Source: Candidatus Micrarchaeota archaeon (GTDB lineage Archaea > Micrarchaeota > Micrarchaeia > Micrarchaeales > CABMGC01). From it: 34,699 nt of DNA. The notes beneath the pieces are model-generated. The model saw nothing but the letters and a program-made list of their open reading frames with translations. It did not search any database and was not told the DNA's origin. The first letter of the stretch is position 1. Every line of letters starts with the position of its first letter. The DNA is taken from positions 1 through 34,699 of the forward strand of contig JAGWHG010000002.1 of NCBI GenBank assembly GCA_028866975.1. The letters run 5' to 3'. A program made the position numbers and the translations under genes. Shown in pieces: positions 18,305 to 24,998 of the stretch.

Positions 18305-18312
18305 CTTATAAA
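18305..18312 (-). promoter_or_regulatory. TATA-like box (TTTATAAG on the minus strand) upstream of gyrB
   Basis: It lies about 45 nt upstream of the gyrB ATG at 18261, within a 151-nt divergent spacer. Confidence 0.35.
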
Positions 18313-18372
18313 CCTTTTGAGGTTGTTTTGTCGTCGAAAAATTGCCCTCGATTCCTTGCGGTGCAGACATGC

Positions 18373-18390
18373 AAATATAAGTATTTTTAG
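18373..18390 (+). promoter_or_regulatory. AT-rich TATA-like block upstream of the 18413 gene
   Basis: AAATATAAGTATTTTTAG ends 22 nt before the ATG. Confidence 0.4.
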
Positions 18391-18412
18391 AACTTAGTTA
18401 TAGCGTGTCTTC

Positions 18413-19729
18413 ATGGTCCGAAAAGTCATCATAATAGGCGCTGCGGGGCGCGATTTCCACAACTTCAACGTGCTATTTAGGGGCAATTCCGATTACAATG
18501 TGGTCGCATTTACTGCCGCGCAGATCCCTTTTATCGAGAACAGGACATACCCGAGGGAACTCGCAGGCAGACTGTATAAGAAGGGGATACCGATTTACAG
18601 CGAGACATTGCTGGCGAAACTAATTGCGCAGCACGGCGTCGACATCTGCGTCATGGCTTATAGCGATCTGCCCAATGAGGAGGTGATGCACAAGGCCAGC
18701 AAGGTCAATGCTGCGGGTGCGGATTTTTGGCTTGTTGCGCCGAACCATACAATGCTGAAATCAAAGAAGCCCGTTGTTGCGGTGTGCGCAGTCAGAACCG
18801 GGAGTGGGAAGAGCCAGATGTCACGGCATATTGCAGACATCGCAAGGTCGCAGGGGAAGGTAGCGGTTGCGATACGGCACCCGATGCCTTATGGTGACCT
18901 TGCAAGGCAGGCGGTTGAGAGATTTGCAAAGCTTGGCGATCTGGAGAGATACAAGACAACGATAGAGGAGCGCGAAGACTACGAGCCGCACATAAAAAAC
19001 AACACGGTAGTGTACGCCGGAGTTGATTATGAAAAGATACTGCGAAAGGCGGAAAAGGAAGCGGACATAATAATCTGGGACGGCGGAAACAACGATGCCC
19101 CTTTTGTAAAGCCCGATCTGCTGATCACTGTTGCAGACCCGCTCAGGGTCGGCGACGAGCTAGCTTACTATCCAGGCGAAACTGTTGCCAGAATGGCCGA
19201 TATCTTGGTGATAAACAAGGCAAACTCCGCCACAGCCAAGGAGATAGAGAATCTAAGGCAGGATCTTGAGATGATAAACAAACGCGCAAGGATAATCTTG
19301 GCCAATTCCGTCATAAGCGTAGAAGATCCGGAAATGATTATGGGCAAGCGAGCGCTTGTGATAGAGGATGGGCCCACGGTGACGCATGGAGGCATGAGGT
19401 TTGGCGCGGGAACTGTTGCGGCAAAGAAGTTCGGCGCAAGGATAATAGACCCGCGAAAGTATGCAGTCGGGCACATAAAGGAGGTTTATGAGAAGTATGG
19501 GCACCTTGAAAGGATACTTCCCGCAGTAGGATACAGCAAGCGCGAGATATCCGAGCTGCAAGAGACTATAAACGCAGCGGAGTGCGATGTGGTAGTTTCT
19601 GGCACGCCGACGGACCTCGGCAGGATACTGAAACTGAACAAGCCGCTGGTGAATGTAAGGTATGAGCTGCAGGAACGCAATGCGCACCTTAGGGATACTA
19701 TTATTAATTTTATACGGCAAAAGAAGTAA
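18413..19729 (+). CDS. COG2403-like P-loop protein (predicted GTPase / cyclic 2,3-diphosphoglycerate synthetase-like family)
   Basis: 438 aa with a Rossmann-like N-terminus (KVIIIGAAGRDFHNFN) and P-loop AVRTGSGKSQ. The family assignment is from memory of the COG2403 pattern and has not been checked. Confidence 0.45.
   Translation: MVRKVIIIGAAGRDFHNFNVLFRGNSDYNVVAFTAAQIPFIENRTYPRELAGRLYKKGIPIYSETLLAKLIAQHGVDICVMAYSDLPNEEVMHKASKVNAAGADFWLVAPNHTMLKSKKPVVAVCAVRTGSGKSQMSRHIADIARSQGKVAVAIRHPMPYGDLARQAVERFAKLGDLERYKTTIEEREDYEPHIKNNTVVYAGVDYEKILRKAEKEADIIIWDGGNNDAPFVKPDLLITVADPLRVGDELAYYPGETVARMADILVINKANSATAKEIENLRQDLEMINKRARIILANSVISVEDPEMIMGKRALVIEDGPTVTHGGMRFGAGTVAAKKFGARIIDPRKYAVGHIKEVYEKYGHLERILPAVGYSKREISELQETINAAECDVVVSGTPTDLGRILKLNKPLVNVRYELQERNAHLRDTIINFIRQKK
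19707..19714 (+). promoter_or_regulatory. TATA-like box for tRNA-Lys, embedded in the 3' end of the upstream CDS
   Basis: ATTTTATA is centred about 29 nt upstream of the mature tRNA 5' end. Only 10 nt separate the CDS stop from the tRNA. Confidence 0.4.
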
Positions 19730-19739
19730 TGCTATTCCT

Positions 19740-19814
19740 GGGCTCGTAACTCAGTTTGGTCAGAGTGGTTGGCTCTTAACCAACAAGCCAGGGGTTCAAA
19801 TCCCCTCGAGCCCA
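19740..19814 (+). tRNA. tRNA-Lys (anticodon CTT)
   Basis: Hand-folded cloverleaf. Acceptor GGGCTCG/CGAGCCC, D arm ACTC/GAGT, anticodon arm GTTGG-CTCTTAA-CCAAC (anticodon at 19775-19777), T arm AGGGG-TTCAAAT-CCCCT, discriminator A. No encoded CCA. Confidence 0.93.
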
Positions 19815-19817
19815 TGC

Positions 19818-19822
19818 TTTTT
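19818..19822 (+). terminator. Oligo-T run (T5) immediately after tRNA-Lys
   Basis: The sequence is gcTTTTTa, 4 nt after the discriminator base. Confidence 0.35.
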
Positions 19823-19970
19823 ATACAAGGGGCCTTTACAAAACAACAAAACTTTGCACATAAATTGGAAAATTTAGTATTGTTTAAATATCAGGAAAGC
19901 CATATTTACTTCAGAATGCTGGCCGCTTTTGCCATGTCAGGCATGAGAATTGGCGAGGCGGTGGCGAAAG

Positions 19971-19997
19971 TTTAAATATGAAAAACGCGTAATATGT
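19971..19997 (+). promoter_or_regulatory. Promoter region for tfe (TTTAAATA at 19971-19978 with purine-rich BRE-like GCGAAAG; second TATA-like TAATATGT at 19990-19997)
   Basis: Either box places the transcription start at or just upstream of the ATG at 20020. Confidence 0.4.
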
Positions 19998-20019
19998 AGA
20001 AAACTCATCCTGTGATATT

Positions 20020-20721
20020 ATGAAAACAAAAAAGACGACCAAAAAAGCTGTTCATGCAAGGATTGCAAAGAAAGTTGTCAGGCACGCTCCTGCAAAGAAG
20101 GTGAGGAAGGCATCAAACAAGCGCGTCTCTAAGCCAGTAAAGAAGGCGGTTCGTGCAAAGATTGCAAAGGTAGCGCCAAAGGAGAAGGCAGTCGTGCAGG
20201 ACTTCAGGTCTATGAGCATAGCCGACGAGGCGCTCATAAATTCTGTCGTTTCAGAGCAGCACTTCACAAACCATGTCTCTAGGTCAGTCGGCAAGAGGGC
20301 CAAGGAGATAATACAGCTGCTTGCAGAGCCCCAGACCGACGATGCCGTTGCCGAGAAGCTTGGCATCAAGATCAACGAGGTCAGGAGGATGTTAAACACC
20401 CTAAACACTTTCGGCGTTACCAGGTACAATGTCAACAAGGACAGCAAGGGATGGCTTACGTTCAAGTGGTATGTGGACGCAAACAAGCTCAAGGAGCTCC
20501 ACGGCGAGATCCTTGAGAAGAGCAACATGTCTGGCTTTAAGGCGCCGGATGGTTGCAACGACTTCTACATCTGCCCAAAGCACTATGAGGAGCAGAGGAC
20601 GATATTTCCGTTCGAGACTGCGCTTGAGATGGGCTTTAAGTGCGAATGCGGAACCAGCATGAAGCAGGTAAATAGGGTGGAGGTAGAGCAGCTGGTCATG
20701 AAGGAAGGCAACGTGGAATAG
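20020..20721 (+). CDS. tfe: Transcription factor E (TFE-alpha) with Lys-rich N-terminal extension
   Basis: From about residue 65 it shows a wHTH (DDAVAEKLGIKINEVRRMLNTLNTFGVTRY...KGWLTFKWYVD) and then a zinc-ribbon-like YICPKH...FKCECG. Residues 1-56 are a K/R/A-rich tail. Confidence 0.75.
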   Translation: MKTKKTTKKAVHARIAKKVVRHAPAKKVRKASNKRVSKPVKKAVRAKIAKVAPKEKAVVQDFRSMSIADEALINSVVSEQHFTNHVSRSVGKRAKEIIQLLAEPQTDDAVAEKLGIKINEVRRMLNTLNTFGVTRYNVNKDSKGWLTFKWYVDANKLKELHGEILEKSNMSGFKAPDGCNDFYICPKHYEEQRTIFPFETALEMGFKCECGTSMKQVNRVEVEQLVMKEGNVE

Positions 20722-20868
20722 GTTGTTTTGTGAGCTTGGACACAGTGAGGATCGGAAAATCATTCTTTTCGGAAGGAGAGATGGCCAGGGTTCCGTCTGA
20801 CAGTGGTAAAGCTTTTGCTTTAGTAAAGAGGTTTATTGAATCGGAAGGCCCTTTCGAGAAATAGAAGG

Positions 20869-20876
20869 AATATAAG
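20869..20876 (+). promoter_or_regulatory. TATA-like box (AATATAAG) for initiator tRNA
   Basis: It is centred about 29 nt upstream of the tRNA 5' end at 20901. Confidence 0.45.
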
Positions 20877-20900
20877 CCTGTTTCTACCAACATGGTTAGT

Positions 20901-20996
20901 AGCGAGGTAGGGTAGCCTGGAGTGCCCGCCGGGCTCATAAACAATATTTATTGTTGAGGAACCCGGAGATCGGTGGTCCAAATCCACCCCTCGCTA
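20901..20996 (+). tRNA. Initiator tRNA-Met (anticodon CAT) containing a 21-nt intron
   Basis: Acceptor AGCGAGG/CCTCGCT with an A1:U72 pair. The anticodon stem CCGGG/CCCGG has three consecutive G:C pairs next to the loop, an archaeal initiator signature. Anticodon at 20936-20938; T arm GGTGG-TCCAAAT-CCACC. The mature length is 75 nt once the intron is removed. Confidence 0.9.
20940..20960 (+). other. tRNA intron at canonical position 37/38 with a complete bulge-helix-bulge motif
   Basis: Intron sequence: AACAATATTTATTGTTGAGGA. The central 4-bp helix is CUCA (nt 32-35) pairing with UGAG (intron nt 16-19). The 3-nt bulges are UA|A and GA|A. The outer 5-bp helix is ACAAU/AUUGU with a 4-nt loop. 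Confidence 0.85.
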
Positions 20997-21158
20997 TTTT
21001 TACGTTCGAATACCCCACACTTCCACTAATGCCCAACCCTTTCTATAATACACAACACATAAATCATCTGAAAATAACAATAAATTTGGGAAGTTCGTTT
21101 ATTTTTAGTGGAATTGCAAGGTTGTTTGTTATTTATTTGTTTTAGGTGGAATATAACT

Positions 21159-21623
21159 GTGGAAATCTCAGTAGAACAGCTTTTTAACATGCTTCAGTCA
21201 GAGCGAAAGACAGGGGAAGTGCTGCCGCTGCCAAAAGACTTCTACAAAGAGGCGTCGCAACAGCTTGGTTCTTTGGAAGGGAGTCCAGATAAGCAGCACT
21301 CTGCCAACTTTCGCAAGCTACTTGCATCCGTTAAGGAGCGCCGGATACAGAAGCTATTAATATATTTGGCGTACAATAAACAATTACCGAACCAGGTTCC
21401 GGACGAGGAGGAAGAGCTGTACAAAAACATCAGGCTCCTTCTTGAAAGCAAGGCAAGCAACGTGCAGCAGCTGAGGAGGGTAAAGATATCAGCCGACATG
21501 CCCGAACTTACAATGCCCAACGGTAGCAGGGTCGGGCCATACAAAAAGAGCCAGGTTCTTGAGGTTGCCGATAATTACGCGGCAGATTTCCTCGTGAACA
21601 ACAAGCTCGCAGAACAAGTTTAA
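21159..21623 (+). CDS. GINS complex subunit-like protein (Gins51/Gins15 type)
   Basis: I prefer the GTG at 21159, preceded by AGGTGG at 21144-21149 (9-nt spacer), over the ORF-track start at 21108. It has a helical N-domain (LPLPKDFYKEA...) and a short C-terminal beta-domain pattern (GSRVGPYKKSQVLEVADNYAADFLV). The family call is from memory. Confidence 0.5.
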   Translation: MEISVEQLFNMLQSERKTGEVLPLPKDFYKEASQQLGSLEGSPDKQHSANFRKLLASVKERRIQKLLIYLAYNKQLPNQVPDEEEELYKNIRLLLESKASNVQQLRRVKISADMPELTMPNGSRVGPYKKSQVLEVADNYAADFLVNNKLAEQV

Positions 21624-21631
21624 GTGATATT

Positions 21632-21922
21632 ATGAAGCTGCAAAAAGAGATCAGGACATTCTGCCCATACTGCAACAAGCACACTGTGCACATTGCAAAG
21701 TCCGTTGTGGCGGCAAAGCCCGCAACAACTAGGGGACTGAGCCTAAGCAACAGGAGGCGCGAGCGAAAGCTCAAGGGGTATGTCGGAAAGGTAAAGGGTA
21801 AGACACCGGTCAAGGTTCTCGGCAGGCGCAACAAGGTGCTGCTCGAATGCAAAGAATGCCACAAGTCCATAGAGCGCGTCTTTGGCGGAAGGACGAAGAA
21901 GAAGCTCGAGATAAAGCGCTGA
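21632..21922 (+). CDS. rpl44e: Ribosomal protein eL42 (L44e)
   Basis: 96 aa, very basic, with zinc ribbon CPYC...CKEC and the typical motifs (KHTVH, RRRERKLKGYVGK). Confidence 0.9.
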   Translation: MKLQKEIRTFCPYCNKHTVHIAKSVVAAKPATTRGLSLSNRRRERKLKGYVGKVKGKTPVKVLGRRNKVLLECKECHKSIERVFGGRTKKKLEIKR

Positions 21923-21926
21923 AAAC

Positions 21927-22697
21927 ATGATAATAAAAAAGCAGATGCCGGACGTTGGGGAGCTGGTTTTGGTAAGGGTAAAGAAGGTGATGCCGTTTGG
22001 CGCATACTGCGAGCTCACCGAGTACGCAAACCACGACGCATACCTTCCTATCAAGGAAGTGGCATCTGGCTGGATAAAGAACATCCACGAATTCGTAAAG
22101 GAGGGACAGCGCAGTGTGGGCAGGGTAGTGTTCATAGACAAGGAGAAGAACGCCATCGACATCTCATTCAAAAAAGTGACCGAGAAGGAGGAAAAGACAA
22201 AGATCAATGATTTCAACCTAGAAAAAAGGGCGGAGAACCTAATCTCGCAGGCAGTTGCCGCCGCAGGGGTGCAATCAAAGCAGGCGGAGATTGCAGCAGA
22301 GATTGCAAAGCAGTATCAGACCTATAACGATCTGATAACCACGGTGGCAGAGGGCAAGGATGCATTCGCAAACATGCGGCTCGACCCAAAGGTCGTCACT
22401 GCGCTCAAAGAGATCGTCGCAAAGAACATCAAGCCTAAGGTTTACACCGTCTCATACACCGCAGAGGTCACTTCCTACGATACGAAAAACGGCATAGAGC
22501 AGATAAAAAGCGCAATGCAGGACGTAGAGAAGCTCGGGGTGGAAATAAACTATCTCGGCGCGCCGAGATACAGATTAACCTCCGAGGATTCCAGCTATCC
22601 GAAGGCAGAGGAGCGCATAAAGTCTGCAAGCGCGGTTCTAGCAAAGCTCAAGAACGCGCAAGTCGAACTCAAAAAAGAGAAACACGATGTGGTGTAG
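21927..22697 (+). CDS. eif2a: Translation initiation factor aIF2 alpha subunit
   Basis: 256 aa. The N-terminal S1 domain reads GELVLVRVKKVMPFGAYCELTEY...AYLPIKEVASGWIKNI, followed by helical and alpha-beta domains. Confidence 0.9.
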   Translation: MIIKKQMPDVGELVLVRVKKVMPFGAYCELTEYANHDAYLPIKEVASGWIKNIHEFVKEGQRSVGRVVFIDKEKNAIDISFKKVTEKEEKTKINDFNLEKRAENLISQAVAAAGVQSKQAEIAAEIAKQYQTYNDLITTVAEGKDAFANMRLDPKVVTALKEIVAKNIKPKVYTVSYTAEVTSYDTKNGIEQIKSAMQDVEKLGVEINYLGAPRYRLTSEDSSYPKAEERIKSASAVLAKLKNAQVELKKEKHDVV

Positions 22698-22714
22698 TGC
22701 AGGGCACAAAAATA

Positions 22715-23467
22715 ATGTTCAAGAAGGGCGCAAAGCCCAGAAATCCGATACTCATAGTCGGCCTGCCCGGCATCGGCAACGTGGGCAGCTTGGTCGGCGA
22801 GCACCTAAAGACCGAGCTAAAGGCGGCAAAGATCGCAACGATATACTCCTCACACTTTCCACACCAGGTCGTGATGCTCAAATCCGGCGGCATAAGGCTG
22901 GTCAGCAATAGGATATACCACTGGAAAAACGCATCAAAGGATGCAAAGGCGTGCGATCTGCTCATATTGGTGGGCGACTTCCAGGCGCTTTCGTCCGAGG
23001 GGCAATACGAGCTCAATGAGAAGATAGTTGAGTTCGTAAAGAAAATGGGAGTAAAGACGATCTACACCGTAGGAGGCTATAGCACAACAAACCAGTACAT
23101 TAAGACGCCAAGAGTCTTCGCAGTGACTACCGATAAGTCAAAAATCCCAAAGCTCAAGGAAGTCGGAGTCGTCTTCGGAGAGGCATCAGGCATGATTTGG
23201 GGATCGGCTGGCCTTCTGCTTGCATTCGCAAAGAAGCACAAGCTATCCGGGACGTGCCTTATGGGAGAGACCGGGATGCTTGACGTCGATGCGCACGCCG
23301 CAAAGGCGGTGCTCGAGATGCTTGTAAAGCATCTTGGCATAAAGGTGAATCTGGCCAACATGGAAAAGATCAGCCACGAGACAGAGAAGGCGATAAAGGC
23401 GATGGAGGAGGCGATGAAAAAGGAGCAGCAGGGCCCCAGCCACGAGAACTTCACCTACATCAGATAA
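22715..23467 (+). CDS. PAC2-family proteasome assembly chaperone-like protein
   Basis: The N-terminal signature is PILIVGLPGIGNVGSLVGEHL. I prefer the ATG at 22715 to the GTG at 22697, which overlaps the aIF2-alpha stop. Confidence 0.6.
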   Translation: MFKKGAKPRNPILIVGLPGIGNVGSLVGEHLKTELKAAKIATIYSSHFPHQVVMLKSGGIRLVSNRIYHWKNASKDAKACDLLILVGDFQALSSEGQYELNEKIVEFVKKMGVKTIYTVGGYSTTNQYIKTPRVFAVTTDKSKIPKLKEVGVVFGEASGMIWGSAGLLLAFAKKHKLSGTCLMGETGMLDVDAHAAKAVLEMLVKHLGIKVNLANMEKISHETEKAIKAMEEAMKKEQQGPSHENFTYIR

Positions 23468-23500
23468 TCGTATTAACCCTACCGAGCAAATCTATTTTGT

Positions 23501-23573
23501 GCGAGTATAGTCTAGCCTGGTAGGACGCTGCCTTCCCAAGGCAGCAACCCGGGTTCAAATCCCGGTGCTCGCA
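23501..23573 (+). tRNA. tRNA-Gly (anticodon CCC)
   Basis: Acceptor GCGAGTA/TGCTCGC, anticodon arm CTGCC-TTCCCAA-GGCAG (anticodon at 23535-23537), T arm CCGGG-TTCAAAT-CCCGG, discriminator A. Confidence 0.93.
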
Positions 23574-23661
23574 TACTTTACAAAATCACAAATTCTTACC
23601 ACAAAAACGATTGATGAGGCACGTTCTTAAACCCCGAAATCGTAATTTATTTGGTGGAAGA

Positions 23662-24027
23662 ATGAGTGCAAAAGATGTCTCAACAAAGATAACATATCAG
23701 GCCGTAGTTGCGCTGACTCAGAGGCTTATGAACAAGGAGGGTAAAACTTCCGGAATTTCTCTCGAAACACTAAAATCAGTAATACGTTCGGAAAACGGCG
23801 GAATAACGGCCAAGGTAGATCCAAAAAGCGCTGTGCCGGTACTTTTGCAGGAAGCAATAAAGCTAAACTGCGAGCACGCCAAGGAGCTGATACTTACGCA
23901 CGAGCTATATATGGCAGTAAGAGAAGCAGGCAAATTGACCGACGTTAACACTGTAATCGGAGCATATCTGGAGAGCAACAGCAAATTAGTGGAGGAAGCT
24001 ATCCACTATGCGACAGTATACAACTAG
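23662..24027 (+). CDS. Hypothetical protein (121 aa)
   Basis: The ATG at 23662 is preceded by GGTGG (6-nt spacer). The ORF-track start at 23611 is a TTG in AT-rich spacer. No family recognised. Confidence 0.45.
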   Translation: MSAKDVSTKITYQAVVALTQRLMNKEGKTSGISLETLKSVIRSENGGITAKVDPKSAVPVLLQEAIKLNCEHAKELILTHELYMAVREAGKLTDVNTVIGAYLESNSKLVEEAIHYATVYN

Positions 24028-24686
24028 ATAACTAAGAGCAGCACCAATCCGACTGCGCCTCCTGCAAGCGAGCAGAGGAAGTTGGAGCTGAACTTATTGC
24101 CGATTCCCTGCTCTTCAAAGTAGCCGAGAATCGAGTCTATTATGTTGCCCACGAACCCTGCAACCATCACGACCACCAAAAGCACTCCGTAGTTCGTCAT
24201 TGGCGCCATTGTCACTCCTATGAGCACAGACCCCAAAATCCCGGCCGCAATCCCAAAGGCAGTCACCCCGCCCGACGTGCCCTGCCTGACGTGCTTTAGG
24301 GTCATTAGCATCACAGGCTTTACCCCAAGCACCCCAATCTCGCTTGAGAACTTATCTGCGGTTATTGCGGCAACGCTTGCAACATAGGCAAGTATTAGAG
24401 CGCTTGCCGGCAGTGAGCTAGGCGCTATGTAGTAGAGGAAGGCTATGAAGAGCGGCACGACGCCGTTTGCAGCCACATTGTTCCAGCTACGATACTTCTC
24501 ATAGACCCCCATGGCCTGCTTTCTGTGCTTGCCGATCGCCGTAACGACCCCAGAGAGCAAAAGGAACCAGAGCATCAGCGCAAGGAAGTACAAACCCTGG
24601 TCTTTTCCAAAGAAGAATATGCCGATTCCCAGAAGTATTGCGGCCAAAATCCCCTTGTAATCCAGTGTCAAAAAGCTTACCAGCAA
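24024..24686 (-). CDS. DUF92 / TMEM19-family integral membrane protein
   Basis: 220 aa with a TTG start and multiple TM helices. Conserved-looking segments: RSWNNVAANGVVP, ADKFSSEIG, RQGTSGGVT, DSILGYFEE. Its 3' end overlaps the convergent upstream gene by 4 nt. Confidence 0.6.
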   Translation of the reverse strand: MLVSFLTLDYKGILAAILLGIGIFFFGKDQGLYFLALMLWFLLLSGVVTAIGKHRKQAMGVYEKYRSWNNVAANGVVPLFIAFLYYIAPSSLPASALILAYVASVAAITADKFSSEIGVLGVKPVMLMTLKHVRQGTSGGVTAFGIAAGILGSVLIGVTMAPMTNYGVLLVVVMVAGFVGNIIDSILGYFEEQGIGNKFSSNFLCSLAGGAVGLVLLLVI

Positions 24687-24720
24687 ATCACCAAATTTAT
24701 GAAATATTCCACTAATACCA

Positions 24721-24736
24721 AAGATTTTTAAATCTT
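24721..24736. promoter_or_regulatory. Palindromic AT-rich element AAGATTT-TT-AAATCTT containing a TATA-like core
   Basis: It is a perfect 7-bp inverted repeat about 40 nt upstream of the TTG at 24686 (minus strand). It could also fire rightward into the long radA upstream spacer. Confidence 0.4.
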
Positions 24737-24998
24737 AAATCCGAGATATTCTCACGGGTTCTCTACTGTAGGAAGGGTTTAACTGGTCGCCTTGCCAGTG
24801 CGTGCAAACGCATTGGCCTCTTCCTATTATTTCAACACCACTTACTTGCACTACCTCTCATGTTCTAACTATATATTCCTTCCGATGGGATCTTGCTCCT
24901 TTGCGCAACTCCCAAACTAAAAATCGGCAATTTTTCACAAGATTTATTATTCTATGGCGCATATAGCTATTGATAATATACTAGTTTTCGGGGGCTAA

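Noticed and set aside
20745-20800. Possible C/D-box sRNA, with GTGAGGA as the C box and CTGA as the D box 56 nt apart.
   Set aside because: The C box has a mismatch to RUGAUGA. No D' box lies at the expected spacing, the C' box is only 5 of 7, and the terminal stem is poor. I cannot support it without a covariance model or expression data.
20951-21145. A 64-aa ORF spanning the 3' half of the initiator tRNA and the AT-rich spacer before the GINS-like gene.
   Set aside because: It overlaps a confidently folded tRNA. The remainder is AT-rich promoter or spacer sequence giving an implausible Phe/Ile/Asn-rich product.
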